A stretch of 21,196 nt of DNA. Origin: a virus. This document shows, one piece after another, positions 7,489-15,099 of this stretch. Numbering within the stretch: position 1 is the stretch's first letter; each line of letters begins with the position of its first letter. The stretch is taken from the IMG/VR virus record IMGVR_UViG_2667527214_000001, one strand, 5' to 3'. Below the pieces are notes generated by a model, which saw only the letters and a program-made list of their open reading frames with translations, ran no database searches and was not told the origin of the DNA. Both the position numbers and the translations under genes were made by a program.

Positions 7489-8277
7489 TTAGTCGTCGAA
7501 GGGGTGTTTGATCCGGACCCGGTCGCTCCCGTAGTGGGTACTCTCGAGCGTCCAATCGCGCGAGTCGATCCGCTGCAGCGTTGTATCGTCCGAGTAGATC
7601 CACTCGGAACCGATCGTGTTGCCCGCGTCGTCGCTGAACCGGCGAAGCGTGAGCGGTTCGCCGTCGACGAGGAGATCGTCGGGAAGCGTCCGCGGGCAGG
7701 TTTCGGCGTCGGCCTTGTGAACGTCGGCCGGGTACTCGACGATGCCGCGGACCTTGTCGAGGTCGTTGCCGGAGCCGAAGCCGCCGAGCATCGACGCCTG
7801 ACACTGTGAGGCGATGTCTTCGTCGAGTTTCGCGAACCGCTGAGTGACCCACCCGACGCCCATTCCGTCGCCGTGCCACGTCGTCGCGAGCGTGTCGAAA
7901 GCGTCCGGGTAGCCCTTCCCTTGCGGCGCGAGCCGGTGGGCCTCGTCCAACCCGAGGAACGTCCGTTCGTCCAGCTGGGCCAGCGCCTCGATCACCGTCG
8001 CGATCGTCTCGCGCCAGGCGTCGTCGGTCATCCCGTCGCGACCGAGCTGCAGGTTCCCGTTGTCCTCAAGGATCTGCCGCCACTCGGCCCGAGACAGGTT
8101 CTCCGTGCCGGGTCGGACCGGGAGCCGCTGCAGGAGTCCCGACTCGACCAGCCCGGTGTACTCGTCCTTGTAGTCGACGAGAACCGTCCGGTCGTACTCC
8201 GGCGCGTTGCGCTCCGTGTACGCCTGTAGGCCGTAGCTTTTCCCCCAGTTCGTGCGGGCACCGAACGCGAGGTTCAT
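7489..8277 (-). CDS. Genome-packaging ATPase (FtsK/HerA superfamily, PRD1 P9/SH1-like)
   Basis: Walker A ARTNWGKS, Walker B FLGLDEAH, VTQR sensor motif; lies upstream of the MCP genes. Confidence 0.88.
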   Translation of the reverse strand: MNLAFGARTNWGKSYGLQAYTERNAPEYDRTVLVDYKDEYTGLVESGLLQRLPVRPGTENLSRAEWRQILEDNGNLQLGRDGMTDDAWRETIATVIEALAQLDERTFLGLDEAHRLAPQGKGYPDAFDTLATTWHGDGMGVGWVTQRFAKLDEDIASQCQASMLGGFGSGNDLDKVRGIVEYPADVHKADAETCPRTLPDDLLVDGEPLTLRRFSDDAGNTIGSEWIYSDDTTLQRIDSRDWTLESTHYGSDRVRIKHPFDD

Positions 8278-8852
8278 TCCTCGAGGTCCTCCGCTACCTC
8301 GTAGATGCCTTGCTCGGCCATCTCGAGCCCGCCGGCGAGTGCCTCCTCAAGGACGGCTTGCCGTCTCTCGTCGGACCACTCGATGACGGCCTCGCGGAAC
8401 GTCTCGAGGTCGTCGACATCGAAGCGGGCCCGAACGTGGGCCGTCGCGAGTTCGTCGACGCCGCCCTCGATTCCCTGCTCACGGTAGCGGTCGGCCCACG
8501 TCTCTTTGGTCTCCTGCCACTCTTCCGCCGTCTGGTCGGCGTACTGAGCGGCTTCCTCAGCGTTCTCGAGGTCGTGCATCGCCTCCGTGACGTACCACGA
8601 GGGGAGCGAGCCGTCGATCATCGCGAGGGCCATCGAGCGGATTTGACCGACGCGGTCGTCGACCGTCGGCAGTCCCTCGATGGGTTCGATGTCGTCGCCG
8701 GCCGCCTCCTGGAGGTCGGCGACGGCCTCCATGATCCGCCGCTCGCGATGGGCGACGATCGAGAGGAACGCCTCGGCCTGCTGGCTCTTGAAGAACTGTT
8801 CTGCCATCGCTTTCCGTGGATCTCCGCCGGTTGCAAGATTTCGCAGATTCAT
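8274..8852 (-). CDS. Hypothetical alpha-helical acidic protein (192 aa)
   Basis: Start corrected to the ATG at 8852 (MNLRNL), which overlaps the upstream stop (ATGA). Also ATGA-coupled to the ATPase. Confidence 0.8.
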   Translation of the reverse strand: MNLRNLATGGDPRKAMAEQFFKSQQAEAFLSIVAHRERRIMEAVADLQEAAGDDIEPIEGLPTVDDRVGQIRSMALAMIDGSLPSWYVTEAMHDLENAEEAAQYADQTAEEWQETKETWADRYREQGIEGGVDELATAHVRARFDVDDLETFREAVIEWSDERRQAVLEEALAGGLEMAEQGIYEVAEDLEE

Positions 8853-9388
8853 GCTTCCTCCATCGAAAGGTCGTTCATCGAATCGAGCGCGCCGTCGAGC
8901 ATCTCCGCGTCCTCGACGAGGACCATCACCGCGAACAGAGACGTGAACGCGACGAGCCCCTGTCCGGGTCCGAGGTCGGGATCTCCGCCGAAGTTCTCGG
9001 CGTACCACTGATCGAAGTAGTCGTCCAAGTCGAGGTCCTTCGCGAGGGCCGCGTACTCCTCGATCGACTCCGATCGGTCGTCGACGCCCGACCCCATCCG
9101 TTCCTGCCCGATGGTCGCACCTGCTCCGAGCGCCTTGCAGTAGATGTGGCCGGGAGTGAGGTCGTTCGACGACTCGTCCGCGCCGTCGCCGGCGTCCGGA
9201 TCGTCCGCTGGGTCGTCGACATCTACCTCGTCGCCGGCGTCGTCGGCATCATCCTCGGCATCGGCCGCGGCGACCTGCTCGGCGATCTCCGGGTCGACCT
9301 CCGCATAGGCGTCCTCCTCGAGTTCGGGCCCGGGTTCGTCACCGGCGTCCTCGAGGTCGTCCTCGGGCTCGTCGCCGGCGTCGCTCAC
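8849..9388 (-). CDS. Highly acidic protein with C-terminal hydrophobic segment (packaging/membrane accessory candidate)
   Basis: Asp/Glu-rich N-terminus; GQGLVAFTSLFAVMVLV; overlapping stop/start on both sides. Confidence 0.75.
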   Translation of the reverse strand: MSDAGDEPEDDLEDAGDEPGPELEEDAYAEVDPEIAEQVAAADAEDDADDAGDEVDVDDPADDPDAGDGADESSNDLTPGHIYCKALGAGATIGQERMGSGVDDRSESIEEYAALAKDLDLDDYFDQWYAENFGGDPDLGPGQGLVAFTSLFAVMVLVEDAEMLDGALDSMNDLSMEEA

Positions 9389-10032
9389 CGGAGGCCACCC
9401 CCACTTTCGCGGTCGATGCCGTTGCCGGTCGATTCGTCCTCATCGTCGGGGGTCGGGTCGGCCGAGTCGACATCGATCGAGTCCGACCGGCGGCGACGCC
9501 ACAGAACGATCACGACGGCGATCGCGACGGCCGCTCCGATCAGGAGCGCGGTCGTCCGAAGACTCGGTCCGCCGAACGAGGGGCCGGTCGAGGGGGTCGA
9601 CCCACCGCTCGAGGGCCCCTGAGGGCCCCCTGTTTGCTGGTCGTCGCTCTGGTCGTCTGGGTCCCACGGGTCCTTGCTGTCTTCGGGTTCTCCCTGGTCG
9701 TCCGGTTGGTCGTCGTTGGTCGTGGTCATGTCGTCGTCGCTCGAGGGGCTGGTCGAGGGGCCCGAGCCACCGCTCGAGGCCCCCTGATCGCCCCCTTCTT
9801 GCTGGTCAGTTTGCTGGTCGTCGTCGCTCTCGTCCCCCTTGCCGTCCCCTGCTTTGCCTGCCTCGGGGGCCTCTACCCACGCCCCTGCGTCCCGAGCCTG
9901 CTGGTGGTCGTCGTCCGGCTTAGCGTTGACGTGGCCCTGAACCCCTTCCTTGGAGGCAAACGGCGGTTGGTCGTCGTCCCATTCGTCTTCGTGCTTCTCG
10001 CACCCCTCTACGGGGCAGTAGTAGCCTGTCAT
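9385..10032 (-). CDS. Membrane-anchored protein with N-terminal C2H2-like Zn finger and low-complexity acidic linker
   Basis: YYCPVEGC...VQGHVNAKPDDDH; D/Q/G/S-rich linker; TM ALLIGAAVAIAVVIVLW followed by RRRR. Confidence 0.8.
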   Translation of the reverse strand: MTGYYCPVEGCEKHEDEWDDDQPPFASKEGVQGHVNAKPDDDHQQARDAGAWVEAPEAGKAGDGKGDESDDDQQTDQQEGGDQGASSGGSGPSTSPSSDDDMTTTNDDQPDDQGEPEDSKDPWDPDDQSDDQQTGGPQGPSSGGSTPSTGPSFGGPSLRTTALLIGAAVAIAVVIVLWRRRRSDSIDVDSADPTPDDEDESTGNGIDRESGGGLR

Positions 10033-10036
10033 GGTG

Positions 10037-10792
10037 TTACCAGTCGATGTCGTCTTTCGTCAGTTCGCGCTGGCCCAGCTCGCGGAACGCCGTGGTCGGC
10101 TCCCCGAGGAGGTCGTTCAGTTCGTTGATCGCTGCTGCGGCCTCCTTTGCCTCCGCGACGGCGATCTGATAGCGTCGCCAAGCAAGATTCTTGGCGCCGT
10201 AGAGTTCGCCCGGCGGGTCGTCCGCTCGAGCGTCGCCGACGAGGGCCTCGACGTCTTCCTCGTCGAAGCCGCACGACTCGACGAGGAACTCGCAAGCTTC
10301 GTCTTCGCCGTCCTCGCAGTGGTCGCGAGCGTGGCCGCACTGCTCGTCCTGCGCTCCCTCGAGATCGGCGAGACGATCGTCAACGTTGGTCTCGGCGTCG
10401 AGCCGGTCACCGCGTTCGTCGCGAGTCGCTCGCTTTGCCACTTCGCGGTGTTCGTCGACGCTGAGCGTGTGATCGTAGTACGCGAGCCAGTCGTCGACGC
10501 CCTCCTTGAGCATCAGCCCCTTCACGCTCCTGGCGTGGGGAACCGATGTTCGTGAGAAGTCGATCGACTCGCGTTCGTGGTCGGTCAGCTCGGCTTGGCC
10601 GCCGCGGCCACCGCGTTCGGAGCGCCCCGCCGCGGCCTCGATCGTCGCCGTCTCGAGGACGTGGTCGGGTGCGTCCGAGGAGATCGCGACGGTTTTGAGC
10701 CGGCGATCGTCGTCGGTGCAGAGGTGATCCTCGTAGTCGTCGCGGAACTGGTCGGCCGCCGCTTTCGATCCGAACTCGATCCGTTCGGTCAT
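10037..10792 (-). CDS. Hypothetical acidic protein (251 aa) with Cys/His cluster
   Basis: Start corrected to the ATG at 10792 (MTERIEF), overlapping the upstream TGA. Contains QCGHARDHCEDGEDEACEFLVESCG. Confidence 0.8.
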   Translation of the reverse strand: MTERIEFGSKAAADQFRDDYEDHLCTDDDRRLKTVAISSDAPDHVLETATIEAAAGRSERGGRGGQAELTDHERESIDFSRTSVPHARSVKGLMLKEGVDDWLAYYDHTLSVDEHREVAKRATRDERGDRLDAETNVDDRLADLEGAQDEQCGHARDHCEDGEDEACEFLVESCGFDEEDVEALVGDARADDPPGELYGAKNLAWRRYQIAVAEAKEAAAAINELNDLLGEPTTAFRELGQRELTKDDIDW

Positions 10793-11115
10793 CAGTAGGC
10801 TCCGGTGATATAGCGGGCGAGCCGGCAGTTCTTCAGCGTCCGCGAGTGGCCGTCGTAGCCGCCTTCTGGGTCGGTCTGTTGGAGCGACGAGCGCTCGAGG
10901 ATATCCTCGAGGTCGGGGGTGACGTGCCAGGATTTCTGGCCGGTCGGAGTGTCGACCCAGACGACCGGCCACCCGTCGTGCCAGTACCAGCCGGCGGTGT
11001 TCGGGCCCCAGGTGAGCCGGATCGCCCTCGCGAAGGCGATCGCGAGGAGATTTCGGTCGTGATAGACCTCGTCGGGAAGCTTCTCATCAGTCGGTGGTGG
11101 GTTGTCTGTCCCCAT
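10792..11115 (-). CDS. Small viral protein of the (W/Y)DGH-motif type
   Basis: YHDRN.L...VVWVDTPTGQKSWHV...GYDGHS...RL resembles a widespread small phage protein family ending in WDGH(T/S)...RL. First gene of the minus-strand operon. Confidence 0.65.
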   Translation of the reverse strand: MGTDNPPPTDEKLPDEVYHDRNLLAIAFARAIRLTWGPNTAGWYWHDGWPVVWVDTPTGQKSWHVTPDLEDILERSSLQQTDPEGGYDGHSRTLKNCRLARYITGAY

Positions 11116-11160
11116 GGTCAGATGGGTCTCTCGAGCGAGTGATAGCGGTCGGGAATATCA

Positions 11161-11191
11161 TAGTCTCGTACTGGTGAGACTAATGTTTAAA
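11161..11191. promoter_or_regulatory. Divergent control region: inverted repeat TAGTCTC-N8-GAGACTA next to a TTTAAA TATA box
   Basis: IR at 11161-11167 and 11176-11182. TTTAAA at 11186-11191 lies about 30 bp upstream of the ATG at 11221. Confidence 0.6.
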
Positions 11192-11220
11192 CAGATTCAG
11201 CACTAGTTAGGAATGTAGCC

Positions 11221-11418
11221 ATGCCGATCCACCAGTTGACACAAGTTGGTCGTACGTCGGGCGGTGTTGTACTCCCGAAAAGCGAGCTTCGGGCGCTCGG
11301 GTTGGTAGATGAGGACGGCAACGTGAAAGATCAGCCAGTACGGATCACTCGGACAGGTGATGAAACGTGGGAAGTATCGTTGATTGATCCGAACGATTAT
11401 CCGGTACAAAACGTCTAA
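11221..11418 (+). CDS. AbrB/MazE/SpoVT-like swapped-hairpin DNA-binding protein (repressor candidate)
   Basis: LTQVGRTSGGVVLPKSELRALGL...VRI matches the AbrB-fold pattern. Transcribed divergently from the virion operon. Confidence 0.75.
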   Translation: MPIHQLTQVGRTSGGVVLPKSELRALGLVDEDGNVKDQPVRITRTGDETWEVSLIDPNDYPVQNV

Positions 11419-11537
11419 TCGATCGAATTTCTTGTTGAACGGTACAATATATGGGTTCATATATTTGATGATTCTAACTCCGTTCTCATTCCTCATATGA
11501 CAAGCTTTTATGTATTTATGGTTAGTATGGATTAGCA

Positions 11538-12296
11538 ATGGATACAAAATTACTATATCTTGATGAGTCGGGGGACAGCGGTTGGCTACCTGATCACGGT
11601 GGGAATAGTACTGAGCCATATCTCATTTATGGCGGAGTCGTTCTGTCACCAGCACAGAATCACTTATTGAAGCAGGAACTGCATGACATCATAAACAAGT
11701 ATTTTTCATCCCCTATGGATCGGCCTGAAGAAATACACTATGCCGATATCTGCCATCATAATGGGCCCTATAGCCAACTTTCTAATGAGGAATCCAGTGA
11801 TCTTCGAGATGATCTCTTTGAATTAATCTTGGATATTGAGCCGATGCTGATGGGGATGGTGATAGATAAATATGAGCTAAAGGAAGAATATGGTGCTTAT
11901 GCAAACCCCCCGAAAAGACTAGCATTTAGAGCAATTGCTGACCGATTTCATAAACAGCTCCAATCTGATGACGCAGTAGGAATGATTACGATGGATGCTT
12001 CCGAAAGGAGTATCGACGCTAGACTTCGAGAACTCATTTACCAAGCCCAAGATAGTGGTATCAAATTGGATGGAGCTAGCTCAAAATACGACTCAACTCT
12101 CCCTAGAATAATGGATACCGTGACCGTTACTCCATCAGAGATGAGTCCAGGCATTCAATTAGCAGATATTGTAGCTTACCAAATCCGCCATCAATATCGA
12201 TATGATAATGACAGTCATGGCTTCCAAGCAATTGAACATTTGTTTCGGGACCCCGATGGTTACAGCCTTACGGAGCCCGCAATCTTCCCCGACTAA
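11538..12296 (+). CDS. DUF3800 domain protein (RNase H-like fold, predicted nuclease)
   Basis: N-terminal LLYLDESG and C-terminal IQLADIVAY, the family's DE and QxxD motifs. AT-rich; TTTTAT box at 11506-11511. Confidence 0.85.
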   Translation: MDTKLLYLDESGDSGWLPDHGGNSTEPYLIYGGVVLSPAQNHLLKQELHDIINKYFSSPMDRPEEIHYADICHHNGPYSQLSNEESSDLRDDLFELILDIEPMLMGMVIDKYELKEEYGAYANPPKRLAFRAIADRFHKQLQSDDAVGMITMDASERSIDARLRELIYQAQDSGIKLDGASSKYDSTLPRIMDTVTVTPSEMSPGIQLADIVAYQIRHQYRYDNDSHGFQAIEHLFRDPDGYSLTEPAIFPD

Positions 12297-12303
12297 AGAT
12301 AGG

Positions 12304-12386
12304 TCTACGAAAGTAGGAACAGAGGGGGAAGAATCCACGGGCATTGCGCCCTCCCTCCTATACGAATGTCTAAGCGGAAGCACATT
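12304..12386 (+). ncRNA. Candidate structured RNA 3' of the DUF3800 gene
   Basis: TCTAC-GAAA-GTAGG (GNRA hairpin, 12304-12317). GAGGG/CCCTC (12322-26/12353-57) encloses GGGC-ATTGC-GCCC (12339-12351). AATGT/ACATT (12365-69/12382-86). Confidence 0.4.
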
Positions 12387-12506
12387 ATAACTTACGGACC
12401 GCACTGATATCTGCAAATTAAACCTCGACAGTATCTATTCGTTATACAGGCTGCTGTAAAGGAGGCGACTTAATAAACCGTACAAGATTTGATTTCCGTT
12501 AGTAAC

Positions 12507-13376
12507 TTAGTTTCCAAACTGCGCTATTGGTGATTGACTTGTTACGAGATAGTGACTACCAATTAGATCAGTCTCAATCTCGGTCCGCTTGTGTCTTGCA
12601 TCCATTCCGTTTGGAATGGCGACTGAAAAGAGCGCCTCACTGCCGAACGTATTCTCGTGTTCTCGGAGTCGCCGTGTGAATGCTTTCGTCTCGCCGATAT
12701 ACGCCAGTGGTGGCGCATCACTTTCGTACCAAATCCGATAGACACCTGCGTCGGGTAGATCCGGCTCAAGTCGATCTTCAAGCCGATAGGGATCACTCCA
12801 TTCGAGACCCATCCAGTCAGGTGCGGTCACATCGTCGACGTTCTTCCAGGGAACCGGCCCACGACCGGGTTCGGTATTCGGTTCAATTTCTCCGTCTTCG
12901 AGCGGGCCACCGACGTATCCATCACTTCGGTATCCCGACTGTGAGTAGCCGGGAATGATCCGGCCGAAGTTCGCGGTCGGGCTCTCATCCATTTCACGAC
13001 GGGCGATCGCGATGAGTGCTTCCTCGAGGCCCTTCCGGTCCTGATCGGTAGTAGCGAGCGACGGTGTCGCGGTCGACACTTCGAACGCCGGTCCGTCTCG
13101 ATCACGAACTGCCCACAGACATGGTGCAGCTGTGTGTGGATCACGGAACGGCATCTCTTCGGAGTAGACGTTCCGTGCCAGCGCGCTCACCCGTCCACGT
13201 GTACTCCGGCCGGTTTGACCAATGTACTCGAGGCCGTCCCGGTCATGATGGCGAACGCGGTAGAGTCCCGGATCGGTCGAGATCGCCGTCAACTCATCGT
13301 CTGTCGGATCAAGAGATAGCCATTCGCTCCAGTTTATTTCCATCCAGTCATCCGCATACAGATTTCCCTCGTCCAT
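12507..13376 (-). CDS. Protein with two tandem GIY-YIG nuclease domains
   Basis: PGLYRV...EYIGQTG...R and AGVYRI...AYIGETK...RRLREH. Both domains are preceded by a similar W..(I/L).WS segment and followed by a conserved Glu helix (GLEEALI / EIETDLI). Confidence 0.85.
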   Translation of the reverse strand: MDEGNLYADDWMEINWSEWLSLDPTDDELTAISTDPGLYRVRHHDRDGLEYIGQTGRSTRGRVSALARNVYSEEMPFRDPHTAAPCLWAVRDRDGPAFEVSTATPSLATTDQDRKGLEEALIAIARREMDESPTANFGRIIPGYSQSGYRSDGYVGGPLEDGEIEPNTEPGRGPVPWKNVDDVTAPDWMGLEWSDPYRLEDRLEPDLPDAGVYRIWYESDAPPLAYIGETKAFTRRLREHENTFGSEALFSVAIPNGMDARHKRTEIETDLIGSHYLVTSQSPIAQFGN

Positions 13377-13478
13377 GTCTGTTCGTTGTACAATACAAGC
13401 CGATCACCTATCATTAAACCCTCAGTTGAAATCCGAACCTTGATGTCGTGGCCTGTAGGTTTGTAGAAGTTGCTCTGG

Positions 13479-13844
13479 CTATGAATTGAGGCTGTTTTTC
13501 ACAAATTCATACATGTCTCTGAAGATAGTGATACAACCCCAGAATAATTGAGAAACCCACGAAGAGAGCATTTGAACTAGGTTCTGTGTATGATTGGTTG
13601 GTGAGTTCCATAAATCAAAAACTGTCCCAAGAAGAAATTCAGTAAGGATTGAGTACAGCCCGAGAGCTATCGATGTAATAAGGGTGGTAAGCGCAGATAC
13701 TCCCCGAAAGAATACCGTTTGTAAGAACTCTCGCGGCCAACTTACATACTGTTCAGTAAACGGTTGCTTCCTTGGGTTCTTTCGTTTCCACCATCCGTAG
13801 AGGGCATTCATCTTGCGACGTATATACTGCAGCACTTCAAACAT
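13479..13844 (-). CDS. Hypothetical membrane protein (cargo, AT-rich)
   Basis: Hydrophobic stretch GVSALTTLITSIALGLYSIL; basic N-terminus; atypical composition, so coding status is uncertain. Confidence 0.45.
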   Translation of the reverse strand: MFEVLQYIRRKMNALYGWWKRKNPRKQPFTEQYVSWPREFLQTVFFRGVSALTTLITSIALGLYSILTEFLLGTVFDLWNSPTNHTQNLVQMLSSWVSQLFWGCITIFRDMYEFVKNSLNS

Positions 13845-13924
13845 ATCTAATAGTTACTCTAATGGCACTTGAACCTACTTCGTTTACCGTCCAGTGGGTT
13901 TGTAGAAGTACTAACTGTAGTGAT

Positions 13925-13950
13925 GTCCGAGAAGTAGAGTAGTATAGGCT
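13925..13950. repeat. Repeated site copy 1 (degenerate right arm): GTCCG-AGAA-GTAGA-GTAG-TAT-AGGCT
   Basis: Shares GTCCGAGAA-N5-GTAG with copies 2 and 3; intergenic. Confidence 0.65.
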
Positions 13951-13977
13951 CTTCTGTCCTCTTATATCCAGGTCAAA

Positions 13978-14340
13978 TCACCCAGAACCATTCTCTGAGT
14001 TTGTGTCTGATTTTTCACCAGTGACTGCTGGAACTGGAACAGTTGTAGCAGCAGTTGCTGCTGGTGGTTCAACGTGGACTGCTTTAGCGATGCCGGTGAT
14101 AGAAGCAAAGAAGGTTACTATCACAATTTCTGAGAAGGGGCCAGAACAGAGGTAGTTCACTAAACCTGCAAATGCAAGGATCACTGTAAGCCATGGTCCC
14201 CACTCCAATACCCATGTAGCGACTTTGTGTTCCCTTTCGCTTTCAGCAACAAGTATGACCTTTGGTAGACGGCATTTGATCTCCATGCTAGTAACTCCCC
14301 ACTCAGATAGAAAATAGTGTAGTGTCATTTCCATAGACAA
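13978..14340 (-). CDS. Hypothetical membrane protein (cargo, two TM-like segments)
   Basis: WVLEWGPWLTVILAFAGLVNY and IVIVTFFASITGIAKAV. The start may instead be the ATG at 14286. Confidence 0.55.
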   Translation of the reverse strand: MSMEMTLHYFLSEWGVTSMEIKCRLPKVILVAESEREHKVATWVLEWGPWLTVILAFAGLVNYLCSGPFSEIVIVTFFASITGIAKAVHVEPPAATAATTVPVPAVTGEKSDTNSENGSG

Positions 14341-14350
14341 AATTTCCTGT

Positions 14351-14376
14351 GTCCGAGAAGATTAGTAGGGCCGGAC
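14351..14376. repeat. Repeated site copy 2: GTCCG-AGAA-GATTA-GTAG-GGC-CGGAC
   Basis: Inverted GTCCG/CGGAC arms 16 bp apart; intergenic. Confidence 0.8.
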
Positions 14377-14414
14377 GATCGTCTGTACGGGAATGGCTGT
14401 TTTCGGTCAGGAAC

Positions 14415-14900
14415 TCACCTTTGGATAGAGAATACGGGAGTTACAGCGTCCGCGAAATCAACCAGCCATGCAGCGAATTTTGAGAGGGGATTGGTCAGGT
14501 CCTCACGTTCTAATGCGTCCTGACGTGCCCTGTCGAGATTCCTACTACACTCGTGATGGCAATCATGGATGCGCTGCTTCTGTTCGAGTGTTAGCGGAGC
14601 TAAACCTTGATAGTCATCTCCCAACACCCACCGACGCATTGTATGGTCACTATTCTCATCAGGAAACCGCTCGTAGAGTTCCTTAAACTCCTGATGCAGA
14701 AAGTCTCTCTCTGACATACCTTCCTCATCTGGATTTATTGCCCCGAGTCGGCGAGCACTTAAATCTGAAAGGCGTTCGTATGAATATCGTTCTCTAAGTG
14801 TGCTTAGTCTCTCTTCCAAGAACTTCTCGTTATTAGATGGGTCCGGGTCGTCGGCAAAAGGTGGATCAGATTGATTTGTTTCTCTATTGTCCGTGCTCAT
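14415..14900 (-). CDS. Hypothetical acidic protein (cargo)
   Basis: 161 aa with halophilic composition; own TATA-like CTTATT (minus strand, 14925-14930) about 25-30 bp upstream. Confidence 0.7.
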   Translation of the reverse strand: MSTDNRETNQSDPPFADDPDPSNNEKFLEERLSTLRERYSYERLSDLSARRLGAINPDEEGMSERDFLHQEFKELYERFPDENSDHTMRRWVLGDDYQGLAPLTLEQKQRIHDCHHECSRNLDRARQDALEREDLTNPLSKFAAWLVDFADAVTPVFSIQR

Positions 14901-14987
14901 GACGCTTAATTGTCTGGAGAGCCGAATAAGTGCTTTGGGGGACTCCTTGGCTGATAAATATGTATCCGTAGTTACTGCGAGCGCTGT

Positions 14988-15013
14988 GTCCGAGAACTCC
15001 GGTAGAGTCGGAC
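14988..15013. repeat. Repeated site copy 3: GTCCG-AGAA-CTCCG-GTAG-AGT-CGGAC
   Basis: Same arms and spacing as copy 2, and shares CTGTGTCCGAGAA (13 bp) with it. The IR extends to TGTCCGA/TCGGACA. Confidence 0.8.
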
Positions 15014-15073
15014 AGAATCACCCCGATCTCCCCCTCGAGGACCACCGAAAGAACTAGATTGCTGGCGGTTTTT

Positions 15074-15097
15074 GTCCGGAATGCAGGCAACCCGGAC
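15074..15097. promoter_or_regulatory. Inverted repeat GTCCGG-N12-CCGGAC immediately before the short recombinase ATG
   Basis: Same GTCCG/CGGAC arms as the repeated sites but 2 bp closer; ends 2 bp before the ATG at 15100. Confidence 0.55.
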
Positions 15098-15099
15098 GC

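Noticed and set aside
2321-11115. Tailed-virus (Caudoviricetes) or pleolipovirus identity for the structural operon
   Set aside because: No terminase, portal, HK97-fold capsid or tail genes, and no large pleolipovirus-type spike with a C-terminal anchor. The paired MCPs plus FtsK/HerA ATPase fit Halopanivirales.
11203-11619. 138-aa minus-strand ORF and other short ORFs in the AT-rich region (12159-12416, 13594-13800, 14468-14686, 14884-15117, 15571-15786)
   Set aside because: They overlap better-supported genes or regulatory regions and show no recognisable motifs.
13925-15013. CRISPR interpretation of the repeated 26-bp site
   Set aside because: The intervening segments are 400-610 bp and contain ORFs, the repeat interior varies, and no cas genes are present.
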